Virus record (IMG/VR): IMGVR_UViG_3300044806_000291
Span: 1 to 43,680 of that record
Reading direction: 5' to 3' (one strand)
From: a virus
Taxonomy: Duplodnaviria > Caudoviricetes
Length of the DNA stretch: 43,680 bases
Shown here piece by piece: positions 9,030-17,464 of this stretch. The stretch's first letter is position 1; the number at the start of each line of letters is the position of its first letter. Both the position numbers and the translations under genes were made by a program. Under the pieces are notes generated by a model. The model had not been told where the DNA came from. It ran no database searches and was given only the letters and a program-made list of their open reading frames with translations.

Positions 9030-9252
9030 GGGACGTATCGTGCTGGCGCTGGTGGTGCCGGAGGCGAACAACGGGGACGACACGGCACCCGCCGTGATCA
9101 CGCGCGTGTGGAATGACCGACTGGTCAACGTCAAGGTGCTCGGCGACTCGATGAACAACGAATGGAAGACGTCCATCTCGTTGTTCGACACCGAGGAGGA
9201 GGCGCGCGAGAAGAGCTTCGGCCATGCGTGCTTCTGGCCCCCGCGAGTCTGA
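9016..9252 (+). CDS. Hypothetical small beta-barrel-like protein
   Basis: PSKGRIV...PAVITRVW...VNVKV...WPPRV. Confidence 0.7.
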   Translation: MTPSKGRIVLALVVPEANNGDDTAPAVITRVWNDRLVNVKVLGDSMNNEWKTSISLFDTEEEAREKSFGHACFWPPRV

Positions 9253-9263
9253 GGAGAGCGACG

Positions 9264-9503
9264 ATGCCGGCGGCAAAGAGGGGTGAGCGCACCCCGAGGG
9301 TCGGAGATCGGGTGCGCGTGTACGTCGATGCCACGATGATCGACGAGTCCGCGACGATCATCCGCGTGGATCGTGACCGCGTCGCTGTCCATGTCTGGCC
9401 GGACTTGGACGCACGCGTCGCCATGCACGCGCGATGGTTCGCCGACGAGAAGGGCGCGACGGCGCACGGCGCGGGTGGCGCGTGGCCGGACGGCGGCGAG
9501 TGA
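9264..9503 (+). CDS. Hypothetical protein, possible paralogue of 9016-9252
   Basis: GAGGAG SD; PRVGDRV...ATIIRV...VHVWP...WP. Confidence 0.6.
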   Translation: MPAAKRGERTPRVGDRVRVYVDATMIDESATIIRVDRDRVAVHVWPDLDARVAMHARWFADEKGATAHGAGGAWPDGGE

Positions 9504-9739
9504 GCACGTTCCTCGCCGCGCTGAACGGGGCGATCGAGAACGCGATGCGTTGGCAGGTGAAGGCGTATCGTGACGCGAGCACGTGTGACAAGTGCAAGCG
9601 CAACGATCGGAAGTTGTACCGGAACAGAACGTCAGCGTACGCTGACTACCCGAACGGCAAGGGTTACATAAAGTGCGTCGGCGCGCAGTACGGCAACTCC
9701 TGCCGATGTGTCGTCAAGAAACGTAGGGGTGACGAGTGA
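9500..9739 (+). CDS. Small protein resembling the C-terminal Cys domain of MuF-like head morphogenesis proteins
   Basis: W....D..TCxxC...CRC; located between portal and protease. Confidence 0.6.
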   Translation: MSTFLAALNGAIENAMRWQVKAYRDASTCDKCKRNDRKLYRNRTSAYADYPNGKGYIKCVGAQYGNSCRCVVKKRRGDE

Positions 9740-10575
9740 ACAAGCGTCGGCGCGCGATCCTCGATGCGCTCACCCCCGCCGTCCAGTTCGCCATGGAGCA
9801 GCCAGGTGGAGCGCCTCCCCGGCCTCTGGCCGATGTTCCTGGACTCTCGATGCGCGCGCGGGTGACCGCTGAGGCACCGGGAGAGTTGCTGATCTACGGG
9901 CGGATCATGGGCAGTGCCTCGATGTGGATGGAGGGCATCGCGCCGTCCGACGTGGCGAACGCCCTGAAAGAGCTTGGCGCCGGCCCCGTCAACGTGCGGA
10001 TCAACTCCGGCGGCGGGGACGTGTTCGGCGGGGTGGCGATCCACTCACTGCTGGCGAGACACCCGGGCATCGTCACCGTCTACGTGGATGGCGTGGCCGC
10101 GTCCGCGGCCAGCTTCATCATGCTCGCGGGTGAGCGCGTCATCGCCTCACGCAACGCGATGATCATGATCCATGATGCCATGACCGGCGTGTGGGGCAAC
10201 CGCGAAGCGTTTCAACGCGCCATGGATCTGCTCGACAGGGTCAGCGACAACATCGCCGACATGTACGCCGAGAAGGCGGGCGAGGACGTCGAGTTCTGGC
10301 GCGCGAAGATGCTGGAGAACGGCGAGGACGGCGTCTGGTACACCGGCATGGAAGCCCTCGACGCCGGACTGGTGGACGAGGTCATCGCCGCCAAGGATGA
10401 CGATGATGATGTGGATGCCTTGCTGCGCGGGTGGGTCAACCTCCTGCCGCGCGAGGTGGCCGCGCGCGTCGAGAACGCCAAGACCCCCGACGTCGACCCT
10501 GCTCCTGCAAAGACCGCAGTCACGCCGCTTGACGTGACTGGACTGAACGACATCCTGAAAGGCGTGTTCGCGTGA
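9736..10575 (+). CDS. Clp-type prohead (capsid maturation) protease
   Basis: INSGGGDV, DGVAASAAS (Ser), MIHDA (His), EALDAGLVD. Confidence 0.92.
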   Translation: MNKRRRAILDALTPAVQFAMEQPGGAPPRPLADVPGLSMRARVTAEAPGELLIYGRIMGSASMWMEGIAPSDVANALKELGAGPVNVRINSGGGDVFGGVAIHSLLARHPGIVTVYVDGVAASAASFIMLAGERVIASRNAMIMIHDAMTGVWGNREAFQRAMDLLDRVSDNIADMYAEKAGEDVEFWRAKMLENGEDGVWYTGMEALDAGLVDEVIAAKDDDDDVDALLRGWVNLLPREVAARVENAKTPDVDPAPAKTAVTPLDVTGLNDILKGVFA

Positions 10576-11939
10576 GTGTGAAGCTCCCTAAGACCACGGC
10601 GGACTGGGAAGGCTATCTCGCCACCCTGGACACGCCGGAGAAGATGAACGCCGCGATCGCGGACAAGGACGAGACCGGTTTCGCGTCGCACGTCAAGTCC
10701 TACGTCACGGCCGAGACTGCCGAGCGTGCGGACATGGCGGAGCAGATCAAGGCGGCTACCCAGTCCGCGATCGTCGACTTCTTCCGTGAGAACGGCGGCG
10801 ACGTCAGCAACGCGAAGAGCGTGAACGCTGCCCTTCTGGCCGGCGGGAAGGCGAAGCAGCCTTTCGGCAACCCGGCCACCGCCCCCGGTGCGGCCCTGAA
10901 CGGCAAATTCAAGGACGTCGGAGAGTTCGTCAACACCATCTGGCACAAGCGCGCCCCGGGCGTCGATGCCGACCTGGACGAGAAGTTCGGCCTCCTCAAC
11001 GAGTACTCCGTCAAGGTGCCGGACTCGGGCGGCTTCCTCGTTCCCGAGGAGTTCCGTCAGGAGTTGTTGGCGCTGGAGCTGGAAACCTCCATCGTCAAGC
11101 CGCGCGCGACAGTCATCCCGATGTCGTCGGCTTCGCTGACGTTCCCGACCGTGGATGCCACGTCCAACGTGTCCAGCGTGTTCGGCGGCATCATCGTCTA
11201 CCGCAAGGCGGAAGGCGAGGAGTTCGTCGACAGTCAGGCCAAGTTCGGACGGGTCAAGTTGGACCCGACCAAGCAGACTGCGTTGGCCTACGTCAACAAC
11301 GAGATCATCCGTGACGCCGGCGGAGCGCTGTCCGCGTTCATGAACCAGCGGATGCCTCAGGGCATGGCGTGGTTCGAGGATAACGACTACCTCGTGGGTG
11401 CCGGCGCCGGCGAGCCCCTCGGCGCGCTGAACGCGGCGAACCCGGGCCTGCTCGTGCAGGCAAAGGAAACCGGCCAGACTGCCGCCACCATCGTGTGGGA
11501 GAACGTCCTCTCGATGTACTCCCGGCTCCTGCCTGCGTCGATCGACAAGGCTGTCTGGCTTGCGAGCCCCGACACCTTCAAGGAACTCGCCACCATGGCG
11601 CTGTCCGTCGGTACCGGCGGGTCGGCTGTCTGGCTGATGGACGGCCGCGGCAAGCCGGTCCTGACGCTGCTGGGCATTCCGGTCATCCGTACCGAGAAGA
11701 CCCCGGGGTATCTCGGCCAGCAGGGCGACCTCTCGCTGATCGACTTCTCGTTCTACCTGGTCGGCCAGCGTGACGCGATGAGCATGGACACGTCGGAGCA
11801 CGTTCGCTTCACGCGTGACCAGACCACCATCCGCGTGATCCAGCGCAACGACGGACGTCCGTGGCTCGCGTCCCCGATCACCCCCAAGAACGGCGGCCCG
11901 ACCCTTTCGCCGTTCGTAACGTTGGCGGCACGCGCGTAA
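10572..11939 (+). CDS. Major capsid protein (HK97 fold)
   Basis: GGFLVPEEF, GAGEPLG, TLLGIPV, F..DQT..R...R.DG motifs; position after the protease. Confidence 0.95.
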   Translation: MSVKLPKTTADWEGYLATLDTPEKMNAAIADKDETGFASHVKSYVTAETAERADMAEQIKAATQSAIVDFFRENGGDVSNAKSVNAALLAGGKAKQPFGNPATAPGAALNGKFKDVGEFVNTIWHKRAPGVDADLDEKFGLLNEYSVKVPDSGGFLVPEEFRQELLALELETSIVKPRATVIPMSSASLTFPTVDATSNVSSVFGGIIVYRKAEGEEFVDSQAKFGRVKLDPTKQTALAYVNNEIIRDAGGALSAFMNQRMPQGMAWFEDNDYLVGAGAGEPLGALNAANPGLLVQAKETGQTAATIVWENVLSMYSRLLPASIDKAVWLASPDTFKELATMALSVGTGGSAVWLMDGRGKPVLTLLGIPVIRTEKTPGYLGQQGDLSLIDFSFYLVGQRDAMSMDTSEHVRFTRDQTTIRVIQRNDGRPWLASPITPKNGGPTLSPFVTLAARA

Positions 11940-11953
11940 GCCAGCGCGCGAAC

Positions 11954-11967
11954 GTTTCACGTGAAAC
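11954..11967. promoter_or_regulatory. parS centromere site
   Basis: Perfect palindrome GTTTCACGTGAAAC, matching the actinobacterial/Bacillus parS consensus. Confidence 0.75.
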
Positions 11968-11970
11968 AGG

Positions 11971-12006
11971 ACCGCCCCCGAATCTTCGGGGGCGGTGCTG
12001 TGTTTT
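11971..12006 (+). terminator. Terminator after capsid gene (between convergent genes)
   Basis: ACCGCCCCCGAA/TTCGGGGGCGGT stem followed by a T-rich tail. Confidence 0.7.
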
Positions 12007-12009
12007 CGA

Positions 12010-12519
12010 TCAGACGTAACGCTCTTCGAGCCAGCGCTCGTACCGAAGCTCTGCCACGTGCTCCGCTTCCATCTCCTCGTTCATCTCGCGAGTCCGGACG
12101 TAGCAGAACTTGACCGCCTTGACGCCGGAATGGCGACGCTTGCAGCAACCGCACCGGATACCCGTCGCCGTGGCGAGCGGGAGACTGCCGTTCAGCTCGA
12201 ACGACTCACCCTCGAAGACGTAGGTGTTCGGGGTGGGCAGGTTCTCGGCCATCTCGGCGGCAAGCACGCGCTCCGCGTCCTCGATCGTCGCCATGACGTG
12301 GTCCCAGTAGTGCGACGCGTTCTCGCTGGCCTCGCTGCTGCGGTCATAGTCGGCGTTGACGCACCGGTTCGAGCAGTAGGTGAACTCCATGCCACCCTCG
12401 CTGTAGGTGACAACACTCTGCGGGGTGTAGTTGACGTTCGGGTCACTGATCGGGGCGATGTTCTCGCACGTCGGGTTGTCGCAAACCTTGCTGATGACGA
12501 CCGGTCCGAAGTTCCTCAT
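12010..12519 (-). CDS. Putative Zn-binding protein inserted in reverse orientation in the head cluster
   Basis: CDNPTC...YCSNRC and CGCC...H...C motifs; GAGGGGCG SD; own promoter. Confidence 0.75.
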   Translation of the reverse strand: MRNFGPVVISKVCDNPTCENIAPISDPNVNYTPQSVVTYSEGGMEFTYCSNRCVNADYDRSSEASENASHYWDHVMATIEDAERVLAAEMAENLPTPNTYVFEGESFELNGSLPLATATGIRCGCCKRRHSGVKAVKFCYVRTREMNEEMEAEHVAELRYERWLEERYV

Positions 12520-12558
12520 GATGTCCGCCCCTCGCTTGCTGCTCTCGCTTACATGTCA

Positions 12559-12587
12559 AGTATGCGCGCTGATTCCTCGGCGCGCAA
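12559..12587 (-). promoter_or_regulatory. Sigma-70-type promoter
   Basis: TTGCGC-17-CATACT on the - strand, with GAATCAG in the spacer. Confidence 0.65.
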
Positions 12588-12597
12588 TACTTTGGCG

Positions 12598-12837
12598 TTA
12601 GAATCTTTCGGGGAGTTCGATCCCCCATCGCTTGCAGAGCTGTTCGACGTCACGCCGTGAGCGCCGGCGATCCAGGATCCAGCGCTTCAGCTCGACACGC
12701 TTGACGGGATCGGTGACGTGCTTGGGGAGTTCGGCCAGCAGCCATGCCTTCTCGGCGACACTCGGGTTGCCGTTCACGTACCCCCAATGGCGCTGCTCCC
12801 CGAGCCCCTCATCGCTCCCCGGACCTTTCGCTTCCAT
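12598..12837 (-). CDS. Hypothetical protein
   Basis: AAGGAGG SD upstream. Confidence 0.6.
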   Translation of the reverse strand: MEAKGPGSDEGLGEQRHWGYVNGNPSVAEKAWLLAELPKHVTDPVKRVELKRWILDRRRSRRDVEQLCKRWGIELPERF

Positions 12838-12848
12838 CTCGCCTCCTT

Positions 12849-12919
12849 GAGCAAGAGTTGCCTGAAACCCCCGGTTTAACTGTCACAGGCAAACCGGGGG
12901 TTTCAGGCAACTCTTGCTC
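12849..12919. repeat. Perfect 29-bp inverted repeat with 13-nt loop
   Basis: GAGCAAGAGTTGCCTGAAACCCCCGGTTT at 12849-12877 and its reverse complement at 12891-12919. Confidence 0.95.
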
Positions 12920-13142
12920 GCCCCTCTTTCGCCCCTCGAATGTTGCTAGACGCAGTATGCACCCTGATTACGTGGCGCGCGAGTCTTGCGCGCAGAATGT
13001 TTGCGCTTGATTTCTCGGGATGGGTGTGCTACGCACGCGCGTGCTATGCTCCGTGCATCCACCTCTGGCCGGCATTGAACCCCCGGCCAGGGAGCACACC
13101 ACGTTCGGGCATTGAAACCCCCGGGCGCATGGAGGAACAGCA

Positions 13143-13577
13143 ATGCAGAGCGAAGCTCTCGGGCGCCTCAACAACGCCCACTACCCCGCAGACGACGTCT
13201 ACATCTCGCTCGTCGACGCGGAAGGTGTCACCTTCTACGGCCACGAGGTGGACGGCGCCACCGCCTTCGTCATCACGTTCGCGTCCGACGCTGCCGGCAC
13301 CGGCGCTGTCACGCCGTCCGTGATCGACCACTACTACGGCAAGAGCGCGGACGTCAGCGATGGCGTGTGGCACAAGACCACGCAGACTGCCGGCGACACC
13401 GTCTCGGCAGCCGACGGTACCGAGGACTTCGTAGCCATCGAGGTCCTGGCGTCGATGTGCCCGACCGGCCTGAAGTACGTCAAGTGCACTGCTGACGGTT
13501 CGGGCACGGTCATGGCCGTGCTGCACGGGCTGAAGTACCAGCGCACCCCGGCGAATCTGCGGAGTGTGACCGCGTGA
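13143..13577 (+). CDS. Virion structural protein (post-capsid, possible decoration/cement protein)
   Basis: GGAGG SD; position in the head cluster. Confidence 0.65.
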   Translation: MQSEALGRLNNAHYPADDVYISLVDAEGVTFYGHEVDGATAFVITFASDAAGTGAVTPSVIDHYYGKSADVSDGVWHKTTQTAGDTVSAADGTEDFVAIEVLASMCPTGLKYVKCTADGSGTVMAVLHGLKYQRTPANLRSVTA

Positions 13578-14035
13578 GCGTTCTCAACGATGCGGACGCC
13601 TTCCGCAAGGCCCTGTTTGGCCTGGCCGTGGAGCGTGCTACCGCCGCACTTCCGCAGACGACTCAGTCGGCGCTGTTCACCGTGGCCGGCGGACGCGTGC
13701 TGGTGACGTCGATCGTCGGTGAGGTCACCACGGTCATTCAGACTCAAGCGAACAACACCAAGATCGTCTCGAACCCGACCACGGGTACCGACGTCGACCT
13801 GTGCGCCGTTCTGGACATCTCCGCCGATCAGGTGGGCTGTCTCTATGGCATCACGGGCACGTTCGCCACGGCGCTGGTCGGCGCGAACGCGGGTGCCACC
13901 GTTGCGTGCGCCACGCCGGTAGTCGTCCCCATCGGCACGATCGACCTGTCGTGCGCAGCTAGCAATACCGGATCGGTGAAGTGGCGGATCACGTATGTGC
14001 CGCTCGACACCGGCGCTGTCATTACCGCGGCCTGA
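13574..14035 (+). CDS. Virion structural protein
   Basis: Beta-rich composition; GTGA overlap. Confidence 0.6.
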   Translation: MSVLNDADAFRKALFGLAVERATAALPQTTQSALFTVAGGRVLVTSIVGEVTTVIQTQANNTKIVSNPTTGTDVDLCAVLDISADQVGCLYGITGTFATALVGANAGATVACATPVVVPIGTIDLSCAASNTGSVKWRITYVPLDTGAVITAA

Positions 14036-14075
14036 CACTTTCTAACGCGCTGATCGCACCCGAGAGGAGTCCATC

Positions 14076-14504
14076 GTGGCTAACGCCATGTTCAATACGG
14101 CGCGCGAGGGTTTCCTTTCGGGTGCGATCGACATCGACACGGCTGTCATCAAATGCGCACTGGTTCGTGGCTACACGTTCACCACGACGCACACCACCGT
14201 CTCGGACGTGACCGGCGCCGGCGGCACGCTGAACGGCACGAGTGCGGCCCTGGCCAACAAGTCGATCGCGTCCGGTGCATTCGACGCCGATGACACGACG
14301 ATCGAGACTACCGCCAACGCGTCGAATCACGGCATCCTGCTGTTTCAGTCGAGTGCGGTGACCGGCGGTGCGGACGTCGCCGCATCCTCGCAGCGCGTCA
14401 TCGCCTACTACGACACCGGGACAGGTCTGCCCGTCGTTCCCGGTACGGGAACCGCCTCGATCACGTGGTCCTCGGGTGCTGACAAGATCTTCCGGCTGAG
14501 CTGA
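14076..14504 (+). CDS. Virion structural protein
   Basis: GAFDADD and ITWS...IF.L motifs seen in phage structural proteins. Confidence 0.6.
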   Translation: MANAMFNTAREGFLSGAIDIDTAVIKCALVRGYTFTTTHTTVSDVTGAGGTLNGTSAALANKSIASGAFDADDTTIETTANASNHGILLFQSSAVTGGADVAASSQRVIAYYDTGTGLPVVPGTGTASITWSSGADKIFRLS

Positions 14505-14523
14505 GCGAGGGGTAAGGCCGTTC

Positions 14524-15513
14524 ATGGCGAACCTCTTCACCGGCCAGACACCAACACTGGCAGATAATTCCGACGGAACTCCCGGAATCACTGCGGCCAC
14601 CACTATCGTCTTCGCTACCGACGGAACGGTCACGGGCGTTCGCTTCTACGCCACCACCACAGCCAGTGGCGTCTACACTGGCGGCCTATGGACAGTCGAC
14701 TCGTCGGACCCTGGTGGAGGCACGTTGCTCCAACAGAAGACCATGGGCTCTGCTCCCACGGGTGGGGCATGGAACGCGATCACGTTTGACACTCCAATCT
14801 CGGTGACCGCCGGCGCACCCTATCGCGTAGGCGTCTTCTCGGGAGATGGCCGGTACGTGGCCACCCTGGCATTCTTTTCGTCCGCAGGACTGACAAACGG
14901 GGACATCTCCGCCCCGCAACACAACACGAGCGTTGACAGCAAGACAGTCACCCAGGGCACGTTCCGCATCGATGCTTCGTTCGGCTACCCTAACGCCAAC
15001 GGAAACGGGACATCCTACTTCGTCGATGTCGAGTTCACCTCGGGTGACTCGTCGATCAGCCCGAGCGGTATCGGGGTTCCCGTAACGCTGGGCGCGCCGT
15101 CCGCCTCATTCGCCGCCAGCGCAGGCGCGCCTGCGGGTATCGAGGTTCCCGTAACGCTGGGCGCGCCGTCCGCCTCATTCGCCGCCAGCGCAGGCGCGCC
15201 TGCGGGTATCGAGGTTCCCGTAACGCTGGGCGCGCCAGGCGCCTTTCACTACATCACGCCTGCGGGTATCGAGGTTCTCGCAACTCTGGGCGCGCCCACG
15301 GTCGAGGCGCCCCCCGGGCCGTCACCCGTCACCGAGGCCGGCTCATGGTTCGCCCTTCTGGCCGCTGTCCAGTCGGCCAGAAGCGATGCCGAACTCAACC
15401 GGGAGCGCGAGCGTCACCCCGTAGAATGCCCGTACGACGGATGGCCACTCACCCCCACGGCGCGTGGGCTGCACTGTGAGTTCGGTGGGCACGTCATCAC
15501 TCCGAGACTGTAG
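14524..15513 (+). CDS. DUF4082-like domain virion protein with 23-aa repeats
   Basis: DGTVTGVRFY...W....FDTP....AG..Y...SYFVDVEF; PAGIEVPVTLGAP repeats. Confidence 0.7.
   Translation: MANLFTGQTPTLADNSDGTPGITAATTIVFATDGTVTGVRFYATTTASGVYTGGLWTVDSSDPGGGTLLQQKTMGSAPTGGAWNAITFDTPISVTAGAPYRVGVFSGDGRYVATLAFFSSAGLTNGDISAPQHNTSVDSKTVTQGTFRIDASFGYPNANGNGTSYFVDVEFTSGDSSISPSGIGVPVTLGAPSASFAASAGAPAGIEVPVTLGAPSASFAASAGAPAGIEVPVTLGAPGAFHYITPAGIEVLATLGAPTVEAPPGPSPVTEAGSWFALLAAVQSARSDAELNRERERHPVECPYDGWPLTPTARGLHCEFGGHVITPRL
15061..15297 (+). repeat. 69-bp intragenic tandem repeats (about 3.5 units)
   Basis: GGTATCGAGGTTCCCGTAACGCTGGGCGCGCC unit repeated. Confidence 0.85.
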
Positions 15514-15522
15514 GCAGGGGAC

Positions 15523-16578
15523 ATGAGAGCGGTTTACGCCACCGCCGAGCGAGTGATGCGCGCGTCGGACATCAAAGCTTCGGCGTGGGTCAAGGATGAG
15601 ATCGTGGATGCCCTCGAATCGTCGGCGGATGCCGTTGATCGGCTGGTCAACCTCGGGGATGCCACGCGCCCCGGGTTCGCCCCCTGGAAGGGCTCGATCA
15701 CGTTCGACTGGCCCACGCCGAACAACGGGAACGCCTACAAGTTCTGGCTGAATCAGTTCCGTCTACACTCCCTGACGACGCTCACCTCAGGTGGGGACGC
15801 GCTCACTGCGGACACGCTCCCCTGGCCGGCGTCCGGCCCTCCGTACAGCGCCGTCGAGATCGACACCGAGGCCGATGACACGTTCGACATCGGCGACACG
15901 GGCACGGGGCAGCACTCGCTCGTCATCGACGGCATCTGGGGGGTGTTCGGCGAGGATCGCACGCGCACGGCATGGACTCTCGGCACCACGGCGAACTCAT
16001 CAACCACCACCCTGAACCTCAGCGCGCCGATCGGCATTGGCGCGATCGTCACTATCGGCACCGAGCGTGTGATCGTCGAGGATCGGGCATGGGCGGATTC
16101 CGGCCAGACGGCGAGTGCACTCACGGCGAGCGTGGCGAGCCAGTCGATCACGGTGAGTTCGGGCGCGGCGTTCCTGGCCGGCGAGGACATCCTGGCCGAC
16201 AGTGAGCGCATGCTGATCAGGGACATCGCGGGCAACGTGCTCACTGTGCAGCGTGCGGTGAGCGGGTCGGCCCTGGCCGCGCACACGTTGGCCACCCCGA
16301 TCTACTGGGCTCGCTCGTGCACGGTGGAGCGTGGCGCGCTGGGTACTACGGCTGCCGCGCACACTGCGGGCGATGCCGTGTCCATCTACCGCGCGCCGGC
16401 CCTGGCTGAGCAACTGTGCGTGGCGTATGCGATCGATCGCCGCGCTCAGGAGAGCGCCGGCTACGCGCGTACCGTCGGCCAGGGAGAGAGTGAGCGCCAG
16501 GTCAGCGCACGCGGGATCGCGCAGCTCGAAGCGCGGATGCGTGAACGGTACGGGCGTATCCGTCATCTGGCCGTCTGA
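15523..16578 (+). CDS. Head-to-tail adaptor-like protein
   Basis: N-terminal YAT.E.V...ALESS...VD; position in cluster. Confidence 0.65.
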   Translation: MRAVYATAERVMRASDIKASAWVKDEIVDALESSADAVDRLVNLGDATRPGFAPWKGSITFDWPTPNNGNAYKFWLNQFRLHSLTTLTSGGDALTADTLPWPASGPPYSAVEIDTEADDTFDIGDTGTGQHSLVIDGIWGVFGEDRTRTAWTLGTTANSSTTTLNLSAPIGIGAIVTIGTERVIVEDRAWADSGQTASALTASVASQSITVSSGAAFLAGEDILADSERMLIRDIAGNVLTVQRAVSGSALAAHTLATPIYWARSCTVERGALGTTAAAHTAGDAVSIYRAPALAEQLCVAYAIDRRAQESAGYARTVGQGESERQVSARGIAQLEARMRERYGRIRHLAV

Positions 16579-16970
16579 TGACGCAACGAGTCAAGCTGCA
16601 CGGGCCGATCTTCTCCGTCCCCAAGCGTGCGGCGGCGATGAATTCCATGCGCGCGGGAATCAAACGCTCGGTAGCTGAGTACGCATTTCGCGCGGTGGCC
16701 GGCGTTCTCGCGTCTAGCATTCGCAATCCAACGCCGATCTATCAGACGCATATCATTATCGATAATCGTCAGGACGATAATTGGCAGGTCACCGATCAGG
16801 GATTGGCGAAGTACAACTACTGGCTTGAAGGTACGGGGAGCAGGAATTTCCCCGCGACTAGCTTCAAGGGGTATCATGCCTTCCAGAAGGCCTATGAGTT
16901 GACGTTGTCCAGGACCGGTCATCTGGCCGGCGTGGAAGTTGGCAAGGCAGTTCGCAGACTAGGGGGGTGA
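16578..16970 (+). CDS. Neck/tail completion protein
   Basis: Y..WLEGTG.RN...FKGY motif; position. Confidence 0.65.
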   Translation: MTQRVKLHGPIFSVPKRAAAMNSMRAGIKRSVAEYAFRAVAGVLASSIRNPTPIYQTHIIIDNRQDDNWQVTDQGLAKYNYWLEGTGSRNFPATSFKGYHAFQKAYELTLSRTGHLAGVEVGKAVRRLGG

Positions 16971-16974
16971 AATC

Positions 16975-17451
16975 GTGGCGCTGGATACGCAACTGTATAT
17001 GGACGCTCTGATTTCTCACGCCCTTTCTTCGGGCCATTTCGTCAGCGTGAACGCTGTCGACGTCGGGAGCACTCCGACGAACGAGGGTCTGACCGCCGTC
17101 CTCTGGCCGCGCCGTATCACGCCGGCCCCGGGGCGTTCGGGCCTGGCGTCGACGTCGGTGGTGATGACGTTCGTGATGCGCCTGTTCCACTCGTCCGTGA
17201 GCGATCCCCTCGGCCAGATAGACCCGATCATGCTGAACGCCACCGACGCGCTACTGAACGCCTTCTCGGGGGATTTTACGCTGGGCGGCATCGTGGCCGA
17301 AGTCGATCTTCTCGGTCAGTACGGCGAACAGCTCAGGTCGGACTCGGGATGGCTCGACATGGGCGGGGGTGCGGACGAATCCAAGAAATTCAGGATCGTC
17401 GACATTACCATCCCGCTGATCATCAATGACATTTGGACGCAGGCTCCCTGA
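16975..17451 (+). CDS. Tail terminator-like protein
   Basis: GDFTLGG.V..VDLLG motif; position. Confidence 0.65.
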   Translation: MALDTQLYMDALISHALSSGHFVSVNAVDVGSTPTNEGLTAVLWPRRITPAPGRSGLASTSVVMTFVMRLFHSSVSDPLGQIDPIMLNATDALLNAFSGDFTLGGIVAEVDLLGQYGEQLRSDSGWLDMGGGADESKKFRIVDITIPLIINDIWTQAP

Positions 17452-17464
17452 TGAGGATTGACGT

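Noticed and set aside
10212-11960. Long antisense ORFs (also 8262-9467, 40787-42115, 37807-38946)
   Set aside because: Shadows of high-GC3 genes on the opposite strand with no recognisable motifs
12880-12886. GTGACAG in the loop of the 29-bp inverted repeat as a third copy or target of the ncRNA motif
   Set aside because: A 7-mer is expected several times by chance, and the following hairpin is absent
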